This document shows positions 49,560 to 58,605 of a stretch of 64,000 nt of DNA, piece after piece. The notes beneath the pieces are model-generated. The model saw only the letters and a program-made list of their open reading frames with translations, did no database searches and was not told the DNA's origin. Position 1 is the stretch's first letter; the number at the start of each line of letters is the position of its first letter. Where the stretch lies: positions 32,001 to 96,000 of the forward strand of contig CAVSGI010000014.1 in NCBI GenBank assembly GCA_963727445.1. Direction: 5' to 3'. The stretch comes from an uncultured delta proteobacterium. Its GTDB lineage: Bacteria > Myxococcota_A > Polyangia > Polyangiales > B10-G4. A program made the translations under genes and the position numbers.

Positions 49560-49967
49560 ATGCACCGCCTCCTCCCCCTGCCCTTCCTGTTGTTCCTCAC
49601 GACGGCCTGCTCCGGCCCGGACCCCGTCGACGAGACGCACGAGGGAACACTCAGCGACGCGGATCAGCGCCACCACTCCGACGGCTCGTTCTATGACGAG
49701 TACGAGATCGAGGCGGGCGAGGGCTATCGCATCGTGGTGACGATGGAGTCCGCCGAGCTCGATCCCTTCCTGCACGTCTTCGGGCCCGAGGACTCGCCGG
49801 ACCAGCAATGGCAGAACGACGATCGGGCGGGCGACGACCGGAGCGCGCGTATCGAAGAGACCGCGCCGGTCTCCGGCACCTACACCATCTGGGCAAACTC
49901 CCACCGAGAGGGGGAGACGGGCAGCTACCGTCTCCGCATCCAAACCGAGCGACCCGCGGGCGGGTGA
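49560..49967 (+). CDS. Lipoprotein with PPC (pre-peptidase C-terminal)-like domain
   Basis: Lipobox LTTA-C; FYDEY, LDPFLHV, NDD, SGTYTIWANS, GSYRL. Confidence 0.75.
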   Translation: MHRLLPLPFLLFLTTACSGPDPVDETHEGTLSDADQRHHSDGSFYDEYEIEAGEGYRIVVTMESAELDPFLHVFGPEDSPDQQWQNDDRAGDDRSARIEETAPVSGTYTIWANSHREGETGSYRLRIQTERPAGG

Positions 49968-50113
49968 AGAGAGGCCATGTTCGCTGATTCATTCAGTAAG
50001 TACGTCGCGACGCCGGGGGCTGGCCAGGCCCGGGAGTCGCTCATAGGCCCCAGGGACGAAGGGGCCAGTCGGCCGTGGAGGCGGGGGTGGTTTTTCGATA
50101 GGATTCCGCCGAG

Positions 50114-50905
50114 ATGAACCGTGCAGCCTTCGTTGCCGCCGCCGTGGCGGCGCTCATCGGCCTCGCGCTCCTGTGGCTGTACATGAAGCGCTTCGAGGAG
50201 GAGTCCTCGGGTGGGTCGCCCATCGCCGTGGTGATGGCCACCCAGGACATCCCACTCGGGGCGACGATCACCAACGAGATGATCGGCATTCGCAACCTTC
50301 CGTCGTCATACGTGGAAGAGCGCCACATCCGCGCCGCCGACGCGGAGCGCATCGTCGGCGTCCGCGTCAGCATGGGCGTCAAGGCCAACGAGTCGCTGCT
50401 CTGGACCGACCTGGCGACGACCGCCCAGCAGCGGCGAGACCTCTCCGGTCTGGTCCGCAACGGCATGCGCGCGATCACGGTCAAGGCCGAGATGGAGAGC
50501 GCCTTCGGTGGCCTGCTCCGGCCGGGTGACCGCGTGGACGTGCTGCTGACCACGATGAAGGAGGCCAGTCGGGAGCAGGTGACGATCCCGCTGCTGCAGA
50601 ACGTGCTGGTGCTCGCCGTCGGCGCCGATGTCGGCGCGACCCAGTCCGCGCGCCGCGACCCGCGCCAGCGCTACCGCGAGGTCTCGCTCAGCACCACCGT
50701 CGAGCAGGCGCAGATCCTCGCCTTCGCCGGAGACGCGGGGAAGATCACGCTGATCCTGCGCAACCCGGACGACATCGCGATCCTCGAGGAGCTTCCCGAG
50801 ACGACCGCGAGAGACATCATGGAGATCGAGCAACGCCGCGCGCTCATCCGGCGCGAGCCCACGCAGGGTCCGCGTCTACCCGTGAACCTCGGGGGCATGC
50901 AATGA
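50114..50905 (+). CDS. cpaB: Flp pilus assembly protein CpaB/RcpC
   Basis: N-terminal TM, SAF domain (ATQDIPLG), GMRAITV, LRPGDRVDVL, LLQNVLVLAVG. Confidence 0.93.
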   Translation: MNRAAFVAAAVAALIGLALLWLYMKRFEEESSGGSPIAVVMATQDIPLGATITNEMIGIRNLPSSYVEERHIRAADAERIVGVRVSMGVKANESLLWTDLATTAQQRRDLSGLVRNGMRAITVKAEMESAFGGLLRPGDRVDVLLTTMKEASREQVTIPLLQNVLVLAVGADVGATQSARRDPRQRYREVSLSTTVEQAQILAFAGDAGKITLILRNPDDIAILEELPETTARDIMEIEQRRALIRREPTQGPRLPVNLGGMQ

Positions 50906-52077
50906 AGAGTCTTGATGCACGACCAGCCCGGTGTGCGTTCGTAGCCTTGTTCCTGCTCGGGCTCCTGTCGCCGTCGGTCGCCTCCGCGCAGCGCACCCAA
51001 AGGCGCGATCTGGAGCTGATGGTCGGCGAGCAGACGTCCATCTCGGGCGAAGGCGTCGAGAACTACTCGGAGGGCGTGCGGAACATCGTCGACGTGCGTG
51101 TCACATCGGACGGAACGCAGTTCGTGATCGTCGCTCTCGCCCCCGGCACGACGACCCTCCTGCTGATCTATCCCGATCACCAGGTGCAGTACCGAATCAC
51201 CGTTCGCAGCCCCGACGAGGGGCCCGAGGGAATTCAGGAAGCGGACAACATCCGTCTCGACTTCTACTTCATGCAGCTGGCCCAGAGTTACGGGCACAAC
51301 ATCGGCATCCACTGGCCCTCGAGCATCGGCGGGACGGCGACCTTCAACTCCACCTTCGATCTGCTCGGCCCCGCCTTCACCAACGCGACGGCGATCATCA
51401 CCAACCAGCCGCTCCCCCGCCTCGACCTTCTGCAGTCGTCGGGCTGGGCGCGCGTGATGCGGCAGGCGGCGGTGATCACCGCCAACGGGCATCCGGCCAA
51501 CTTCTCGAGCGGCGAAGAGGTGAACATTCTCGTCGCTGGGGGGCTCACCGGGCAGCTGCAGAAGGTCAAGGTCGGCTCGAACATCAACGTGACCCCTCGC
51601 TACGACCGCGAGACCGGCCGGATCGAGCTCACCGTCAGCGCCGAGGTCTCGAACCTGACGGATGGGCGCGGCACCGGCGTCCCGGGCCGCTTGATCTCGT
51701 CCGTCGACACCCAGGTGAACCTGGAGATGGGCCAGGCGGTGGTGCTCGGTGGTCTCCTCGCAGAATCACAGACCATGGACCAGGGGGGCCTGCCTGGTCT
51801 CAGCCAGATCCCGATCATCGGCGTCTTCTTCGGCACGAACAAGACCGCGCGCGAGTACTCGCAGAACGTGCTCTTCATCGTGCCGACGGTCGTCGACGTC
51901 GTGTCCCAGCAGGCACGGCAGCGCATCGCGGACGCCTTCGACGTCTACTGGGATTACACGGGTGGGCTCTACGATCTGCAGCTGGTGGACATGCCTCCGG
52001 GCGTTCCGTCCGCTGCGCATCCCGATGGTCGCTCCGACCAGGTCCAGCCCGCGCCATCGTCGGGAGGCGGCGACTGA
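50902..52077 (+). CDS. cpaC: Tad secretin CpaC/RcpA
   Basis: Signal peptide, N-domain (ALAPGTTTLL), secretin motifs GQAVVLGGLL, GLPGLSQIPIIGVFF, LFIVPTVV. Confidence 0.85.
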   Translation: MKSLDARPARCAFVALFLLGLLSPSVASAQRTQRRDLELMVGEQTSISGEGVENYSEGVRNIVDVRVTSDGTQFVIVALAPGTTTLLLIYPDHQVQYRITVRSPDEGPEGIQEADNIRLDFYFMQLAQSYGHNIGIHWPSSIGGTATFNSTFDLLGPAFTNATAIITNQPLPRLDLLQSSGWARVMRQAAVITANGHPANFSSGEEVNILVAGGLTGQLQKVKVGSNINVTPRYDRETGRIELTVSAEVSNLTDGRGTGVPGRLISSVDTQVNLEMGQAVVLGGLLAESQTMDQGGLPGLSQIPIIGVFFGTNKTAREYSQNVLFIVPTVVDVVSQQARQRIADAFDVYWDYTGGLYDLQLVDMPPGVPSAAHPDGRSDQVQPAPSSGGGD

Positions 52078-52088
52078 GGCCCACCCGT

Positions 52089-53957
52089 ATGAGCTCCAGC
52101 CACCCGCAGACCATCTATCTGGGGATCGAAACCGCCGACGGCGGAATGGAGCGGCTTCGCATCGACGAGGTCGGCCCGGTCTTCATCGGTCGTGACCAGT
52201 CGTGCCACGTGGTCCTGCCCTCGCCCGACGTGTCGCGCCGGCACGTGGCGCTCAAGGCCGAGGACGGACGGGTGCGCCTCACCGACAAGAGCGCCAACGG
52301 CACCTTCGTGGGAGAGCGCGGCAAGCGGGTCCACAACACCACGGTGATCATCGGACCCGGCGTTCCCTTCCGGGTGGGCCCCTACAACCTACAGGTGCTC
52401 CCCGACCGCGAGCATGCGCGGGCGCGCGTCAGCCACGGTCCGGTGGCGGCGCCGGAGATGCCCGAGAACAACGACTTCGCCCCCAGCCCCGACGACGCGA
52501 CCCTCGCGCCGCAGGACATGGAGCAGATGCGCCGCGACCGCGATGCCGCGGCGGCTGCGGCCGCGGAGGCTCGGCGCCAGCGCGACGAAGCACAGAAGAA
52601 GGAAGTCTCCGTCGTCGGCTCGCTGGCCTCACGCATCCCGCAGCTCGGTTCGCGCTCGCCCAAGTCGAGCGCCTACGGGTCGAGCGGCACGGCGATGGTG
52701 CCGGTGGAAGCGCGCCGCACCATCCACCGGATGCTCCTCGATCACCTCGACCTCGCGAGCCTCGATCGCAACAAGATGGACGACCGCAGCATGCGGCCGA
52801 AGGTGCGTGAAGCGTTGACGCGCATCGTCCGGGCGGCGGCATCGAGCCTGCCCGATGGGACGAGCATCGCCGCGCTCATCGAGGAGATCACCGACGAGGC
52901 GCTGGGCCTCGGCCCGCTCGAGGCGCTCCTCGCCGACGAGCTGGTGAGCGAGATCATGGTCGTTGACCCGAACACGATCTTCATCGAGCGAGGGGGCAAG
53001 ATCGAGCTCACCGATCTGCGCTTCACCGACGACGACGCGGTTCGCGCGTGCATCGAGCGCATCGTCACGCCCCTCGGGCGGCGCATCGACGAATCGACGC
53101 CGCTGGTGGACGCCCGCCTCGCCGATGGCTCGCGCGTCAACGCGGTCATCCCACCGCTGGCCCTCCGCGGCCCCTGCATCACGATCCGAAAGTTCGCGAA
53201 GGATCCGCTCACCATCGATCACCTGATCAAGTTCGGGGCGATGACCGAGCAGATGGCGCTCTTCCTGACGCGCACCGTGGTGACGCGTCAGAACGTCATC
53301 ATCAGCGGCGGCACCGGCAGCGGTAAGACGACCCTCCTCAACGTGCTCTCGGCGGCGATCCCCGCGGACGAGCGCATCGTCACCATCGAGGACGCCGCCG
53401 AGCTCCGGCTGGTGCAGCCGCACGTGGTCTCCCTCGAAGCGCGCCCGCCCAACATGGAGGGCAAGGGGGCGGTGACGATCCGCGATCTCGTGAAGAACGC
53501 CCTGCGCATGCGCCCCGACCGCATCGTCGTCGGCGAGTGTCGAGGCGGCGAGGCGCTGGACATGCTCCAGGCGATGAACACCGGTCACGAGGGCTCGATG
53601 ACCACCACGCACGCCAACAGCCCTCGCGAAGCGCTCAACCGTCTCGAGACGCTCTGCCTGATGAGCGGGATCGAGCTGCCTTCGCGCGCGATCCGCGAGC
53701 AGATCGCCAACAGCGTCGACATCATCCTGCAGCAGACGCGCTTCTCCGACGGCTCGCGCCGCATCACCGCCATCACCGAGGTGACCGGCATCAACGACGA
53801 GGGCGAGATCGAGCACGCGGACATCTTCCGCTTCGTCCGCACCGGCACCGGGAAGGACGGAAAGGTGCTCGGCGAGTTCCAGGCGACGGGATACCTGCCG
53901 ACATTCCTCGACGACTTCATCACCCACGGGCTCGTGGCGGAGGGGGACTACCTCTAG
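52089..53957 (+). CDS. tadA: FHA-domain-fused Tad ATPase CpaF/TadA
   Basis: FHA (IGR..VSRRH..SANGT), [56 protein letters not shown]. Confidence 0.93.
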   Translation: MSSSHPQTIYLGIETADGGMERLRIDEVGPVFIGRDQSCHVVLPSPDVSRRHVALKAEDGRVRLTDKSANGTFVGERGKRVHNTTVIIGPGVPFRVGPYNLQVLPDREHARARVSHGPVAAPEMPENNDFAPSPDDATLAPQDMEQMRRDRDAAAAAAAEARRQRDEAQKKEVSVVGSLASRIPQLGSRSPKSSAYGSSGTAMVPVEARRTIHRMLLDHLDLASLDRNKMDDRSMRPKVREALTRIVRAAASSLPDGTSIAALIEEITDEALGLGPLEALLADELVSEIMVVDPNTIFIERGGKIELTDLRFTDDDAVRACIERIVTPLGRRIDESTPLVDARLADGSRVNAVIPPLALRGPCITIRKFAKDPLTIDHLIKFGAMTEQMALFLTRTVVTRQNVIISGGTGSGKTTLLNVLSAAIPADERIVTIEDAAELRLVQPHVVSLEARPPNMEGKGAVTIRDLVKNALRMRPDRIVVGECRGGEALDMLQAMNTGHEGSMTTTHANSPREALNRLETLCLMSGIELPSRAIREQIANSVDIILQQTRFSDGSRRITAITEVTGINDEGEIEHADIFRFVRTGTGKDGKVLGEFQATGYLPTFLDDFITHGLVAEGDYL

Positions 53958-54117
53958 TGCCTGGTCCAATGACACAGAAGGGTTCTCGCTCGTTCGTCGC
54001 CCGCCTCGCCGCGTCGACAAACCTCGAATGTGCGCTGCACGTCCTTCGGTATCCCTCCTTGCGACGCGACCGACGTCCGTCGCGATCTCCCCTTCCGTAT
54101 CATCGGACCAGACACTA

Positions 54118-54990
54118 GTGCCTTACCTCAACCGCATCTCGCTCGATTTTCTCGCCTACGGCGGCATTTTGCTGACCGTCATCGGCTTCGTGGTGGGTGG
54201 GACCATCCTCGCCGTCGACGAGCACGGCTGGGTCCGTCGCAACTACGACAAGTACGTCAAGGCCATCGACGCCGAGCACAAGTTCCTCTTCATCGACAAG
54301 CCGGGGAAGAACACGGCCAAGGGACAGCTGCTATCCAGCCTCGTCTGCCTGGTGGTGGGCATCTTCATGGAGGAGCCCCTGCTCCTGGTCTTGATCCCGA
54401 TCATCGCGACCCTGCCGATGTACTCGCTCAAACGGCAGCACCAGAAGCGCCTCGAGCAGCTCGAGCTCCAGCTCGACTCCTGGCTCCTGATTCTGGCGAA
54501 CGCGCTCAAGGCGACGCCCAGCCTCGGTGAAGCCATCCGCGCCAGCGCCAAGATCATGCGCCCGCCGATCGGTCAAGAGCTCGACCTCCTGCTCAAGGAG
54601 ATCAACCTGGGCACACCGCTGGACATCGGCATCCGCAGCATGTCGGAGCGTATCGCCAGCCCCATGATCAGCGGCGCCCTCGCCACCATCCTGGTCGGGC
54701 GTCAGACGGGTGGTGACATCCCGCGCATCCTCGAAGAGTCCGCAGCCACGCTGCGCGAGATGCAGCGGCTCGAAGGCGTGGTCCGCACCAAGACGGCAGA
54801 GGGCAAGTCGCAGGCCTACGTCCTCGGAGTGATCCCCTTCGTCCTGATCGGCGCCATCCAGATCATCGATCCCAACTGGCTCAGGCCGCTGACGGAGACG
54901 ACCATTGGCTTCATCGTGATCGCCGTCGCGATGGTTCTTTGGATCGGGGCCATCTTGGCGGCGCGTAAAATCCTCGCGGTGGACGTCTAG
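54118..54990 (+). CDS. tadB: Tad platform protein TadB (T2SSF family)
   Basis: LILANALKA, EINLG, GRQTGGDI, KTAEGKSQA, C-terminal TMs. Start uncertain (GTG 54118; ORF opens at 54028). Confidence 0.88.
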   Translation: MPYLNRISLDFLAYGGILLTVIGFVVGGTILAVDEHGWVRRNYDKYVKAIDAEHKFLFIDKPGKNTAKGQLLSSLVCLVVGIFMEEPLLLVLIPIIATLPMYSLKRQHQKRLEQLELQLDSWLLILANALKATPSLGEAIRASAKIMRPPIGQELDLLLKEINLGTPLDIGIRSMSERIASPMISGALATILVGRQTGGDIPRILEESAATLREMQRLEGVVRTKTAEGKSQAYVLGVIPFVLIGAIQIIDPNWLRPLTETTIGFIVIAVAMVLWIGAILAARKILAVDV

Positions 54991-54998
54991 GAAGTCGC

Positions 54999-55907
54999 GT
55001 GTTCGGCATCAAGCTCCAGATCATCGGCTACACAGGCGCAGGGATGCTCGCCCTGGCGCTCTTCGTGGTGGTCTACACGCTGGCCAAGAGCTCGCCGACC
55101 CTGGCGCCGGCCACCGGGGCGCGCGGCCTCAAGCGTGCGCGCGCCCTCGACGAAGGTGGCTCCTTCGCGACCATCGAGCCCTTGATGCGGTTGGTCGCGA
55201 GCTGGGTGGCGCCCTTCCCCCTCCCCAAGCTGCGCAAAGACATCGATCGCCAGCTGGTCCTCGCCGGCGACTGGTTGGGCCTCACGGCCAACGAGTTCAT
55301 CGCGCTCTCGATGCTCTCGTCGGTGCTCTTCCTGGCCATCGGCCTCATCGGCGGCCAGGTCATGGAGCTCTCGCCGCTCTTCAGCTTCTTCTTTCTCGGC
55401 GTCGGCGCCATGCTCCCCTACCTTCGGATGACCGGCGAGACGCAAGACCGCTTCAAGGCGATCAATCGCGGATTGCCCACCCAGATCGACCTCGCCTCGC
55501 TCTGCATGGGCGCCGGCCTCGATTTCCCGGGCGCGCTGCGCCAGATCGTCGACAAGGCGGTCGACAAGCGCAACCCGCTCGTCGAAGAGGTCATGCGCAT
55601 CCTGCAGGAGCTCGATCTCGGGCGCACCCGAAAGCAGGCCCTCGAGAACTTCGCCGAGCGCTGCCCCACGGACGCGGTCCGCGACTTCGTGGGCGCGGTG
55701 GTCCAGGCGGAGGAAAAGGGCAATCCTCTCGCCGAGGTCCTGCGGATTCAGGCTCGCATGCTGCGCATGCGGCGGAGCATCATGGCCGAGGAGAACGCCG
55801 CTCGCGCGGCGGTGTTGATGATGGGGCCCCTGATGCTGATCTTCTGCGCCATCATCCTCATCCTCCTCGGACCTTTCATCATCAACGGGATGAATAGCGG
55901 CTTCTGA
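54999..55907 (+). CDS. tadC: Tad platform protein TadC (T2SSF family)
   Basis: LPTQIDLASLCMGAGLDF, ELDLGRTR, QAEEKGNPLAEVL, AEENAARA, PL. Confidence 0.9.
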   Translation: MFGIKLQIIGYTGAGMLALALFVVVYTLAKSSPTLAPATGARGLKRARALDEGGSFATIEPLMRLVASWVAPFPLPKLRKDIDRQLVLAGDWLGLTANEFIALSMLSSVLFLAIGLIGGQVMELSPLFSFFFLGVGAMLPYLRMTGETQDRFKAINRGLPTQIDLASLCMGAGLDFPGALRQIVDKAVDKRNPLVEEVMRILQELDLGRTRKQALENFAERCPTDAVRDFVGAVVQAEEKGNPLAEVLRIQARMLRMRRSIMAEENAARAAVLMMGPLMLIFCAIILILLGPFIINGMNSGF

Positions 55908-56785
55908 TGGACTCCTGGCTCGTAGTCAGCCGCGCAGACGGCAGCACGGTACGTCACGCCATCGAGGGCGAGCAGGCGACCGTCGGCAAGTCGCCCACCG
56001 CCGGGATCCCGCTGGTGAACTGCGAGGAGCTGATGGACGAGCACATGCTCGTCGCGCCCCGGCCCGACGGCTGTTGGGTCTCGGTCCGCGCCGGTGCATT
56101 CCCGGCGGTGACCCTCAAGGGTCGCACCATCGAGGGGGAGATCGTCCCCTGGAACTCCGAGCTCAAGGTCGGGCAGGTCACCATCCTGGTCACCGACAAG
56201 CTGTCGGCGGAGCGGAAGGGGTCGGGGGACAAGCCGGTGAGCTCGCCGGTGATGGTGCTGATGTTCGTGCTCATCCCGCTCGTCGGCTGGTTGGTCCTCT
56301 CCGATCCGGAGGCTTCGCTGCCCACCGGCCCGGAGGGCGCGCCTCCCGAGCTCTTCGATGCCGTGACCGAGTGTCCCGACTCGGGCTCGGCAGCGCTCCA
56401 TCACGCCCAGGAGGCCGCCGAAGCCGCGAGCCACCGAGCCGAGCGCTATCCCTTCGCGGCGCAAGACGGGGTGCAGGCCGTTCAGCTCTACGCCACCGCC
56501 GAGCTCTGTTACGCAGCGGCCGGTCAGCGAGGAGACTCGGCGCGCATCCGCCGCGAAAAGGAAGCGCTGCAGCAACGCCTCGAAGAGGACTACCGCACGC
56601 ATCGCCTCCGGCTCGAGCGCGGTCTCGAGCTCGAGCGCTGGGACGAGGCGCTGATCGAGGCCAAGAACCTCAACGACCTCCTCGCGCATCGCCAGGACAC
56701 GGAGTACGGGCAGTGGATGGAGCTGCTCGAAAGGCGCCTGCAGCTCATGGTGGATCAGGCGCTCAGCCGCCAGGAAGACCAATGA
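55907..56785 (+). CDS. Degenerate FHA domain + TM + helical/TPR-like periplasmic domain
   Basis: TVGKSP..EH..DGCWV beta domain, TM VMVLMFVLIPLVGWLVL, helical C-terminus. Confidence 0.7.
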   Translation: MDSWLVVSRADGSTVRHAIEGEQATVGKSPTAGIPLVNCEELMDEHMLVAPRPDGCWVSVRAGAFPAVTLKGRTIEGEIVPWNSELKVGQVTILVTDKLSAERKGSGDKPVSSPVMVLMFVLIPLVGWLVLSDPEASLPTGPEGAPPELFDAVTECPDSGSAALHHAQEAAEAASHRAERYPFAAQDGVQAVQLYATAELCYAAAGQRGDSARIRREKEALQQRLEEDYRTHRLRLERGLELERWDEALIEAKNLNDLLAHRQDTEYGQWMELLERRLQLMVDQALSRQEDQ

Positions 56786-57477
56786 ACCTTCGCCTGAGAG
56801 CACTCGTGCTCTGCGGCTTCCTCGCCGGCTGCGGAGCTCGTCAGAACCCCGAGACGGAAGAGCCCCCGCCCGTCGATCCCGTGGACGACGTCGAGGCGAC
56901 GGTGCTCTTTCGGCAGGGCGTCGAGCTCGCGCACGGCGGCGATCTGACGCGGGCCGAGCAGTACATCGGCGCCGCGATGGTCCGCGGATACCCAAGGGAC
57001 CGGGCGCTCCCGGTGTTGATGAGGGTGTGCATCGCCGCTTCGCGGCTGCGCGTGGCCATCGGCTACGCCGAGCCCTACCTCGCCGAGAACCCCCGCAACT
57101 GGTCGCTCCGTCTCGTGGTGGGCTCGCTCTACCTCAGCCTGGATGAGCCGGTGAAGGCGCGGCGCCACCTCGAGGCCGTGATCCACCAGAAGCCCGACGA
57201 GCCCGAGGCGTATTACTTGATGGGCCTGTTGATGCGAGACGAAGTGGGCGACCCCGACGCCGCGCACGACAACTTCGCGCGCTACCTCGAGCTCGCGCCG
57301 GAGGGGCAGCACCAGGAGGAGGCGTCCTACGCCCTGTCGACGCTGCGGATCGCGGTCCACCACGCTCCCGGCGCCGCCACCGGGGAGGAAGACGAGGACA
57401 CCGAAACCAACGCGCGCCCGAACGCGGACGACGACGCCGAGACCGAGAGCGAGACCGAGACCGAGGACCAGCCATGA
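56782..57477 (+). CDS. TPR lipoprotein (TadD/pilotin-like)
   Basis: Lipobox FLAG-C; TPR motifs (PEAYYLMG, FARYLELAPEG). Confidence 0.8.
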   Translation: MNLRLRALVLCGFLAGCGARQNPETEEPPPVDPVDDVEATVLFRQGVELAHGGDLTRAEQYIGAAMVRGYPRDRALPVLMRVCIAASRLRVAIGYAEPYLAENPRNWSLRLVVGSLYLSLDEPVKARRHLEAVIHQKPDEPEAYYLMGLLMRDEVGDPDAAHDNFARYLELAPEGQHQEEASYALSTLRIAVHHAPGAATGEEDEDTETNARPNADDDAETESETETEDQP

Positions 57478-58605
57478 CGATCCCGCGCGAAGTATTCGAG
57501 CAGACGGTGCTGTCGTTCTTCGGGCCCATCCGTCCCTTCCTCGACGACCCGACGGTCAGCGAGGTGATGATCAACGGCTACAACGAGATCTGCGATCGAA
57601 CGGAAGGGCAGACTCCACCGCACCGACGCGCGCTTTTCCAACCTGGAGGCGCTCGTCTCGGCGATACGCAACCTCGCGCAATTCGTCGGCCGTCACGTAG
57701 ACGAGCACCGCCCGATCCTCGAGGCGCGCCTGCCCGACGGATCCCGCGTCGAGGCCATCCTCCCACCGGCCTCCCCCGACGGTCCCAGCGTCGCCATCCG
57801 TCGCTTCTTTCGCGAGACCCTCACGATCGAGCGCCTGATCAACTTCGGCTCGGTCACCGGCGACGCGGCCGGCTGCCTGCAAGCCCTCGTGGCCGCGAAG
57901 AACAACGTCATCGTGGCGGGAGGCACCGGCTCTGGAAAGACCTCGCTCCTCAACGTGCTCTCGGGTTTCATCGGTGACGGAGAGCGGATCGTGGTCATCG
58001 AGGACTCGCGCGAGCTACAGCTCCAAAAGCCCCACGTGGTCATGCTCGAGGCCCGCCCCCCGGACGCGAAGGGCCGGGGCAAAGTGAGCATCCGCGATCT
58101 CTTCAAGGCGACGCTGCGCATGCGCCCCGACCGGATCGTGGTCGGTGAGATCCGAAGCGGCGAGGCGCTCGATCTCGTACAGGCCATGACGTCCGGCCAC
58201 GGCGGCGCCCTCTGCACCGTTCACGCGACCTACCCCATCGACACCATGAACCGCCTCGAGACGATGGCGATGATGAGCGACGTGGAGATCCCGCTCTACG
58301 CGCTGCGCGCGCAGGTGGGCTCTGCAGTGGACATCGTCGTGCAGACCTCCCGCCTCCAAGACGGGTCGCGCTGTATCACCCACATCACGCAGGTCGTGGG
58401 CTACGATCAGGAAAAGGGCTACCTGCTGGAAGACCTCTTCATCCGGCGCTACACCGGTCGTGATCCAGAGGGCCGCGTGCTCAGCGACTTCCGCCCCACG
58501 GGAAATCTGCCGCGCTCCCTCGAGATGATCCGCGCCATGGGAATGGAGCTGCCGCCGAGCATGTACGACGCCCACGAACGCCTGAAGGCGGGTCATCACC
58601 CGTGA
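57474..58605 (+). CDS. Second CpaF/TadA-family ATPase without FHA; frameshift near 57592
   Basis: FLDDPTVSEVMING, then in the shifted frame [48 protein letters not shown]. Confidence 0.88.

Noticed and set aside
49968..50113. Riboswitch (e.g. c-di-GMP) upstream of cpaB
   Set aside because: Only a short GGCCCC/GGGGCC stem is present, with no recognisable aptamer consensus.
50931..52088. N-terminal extension making TadA 1008 aa
   Set aside because: It overlaps the secretin gene in another frame and has non-coding-like composition. The likely start is ATG 52089.
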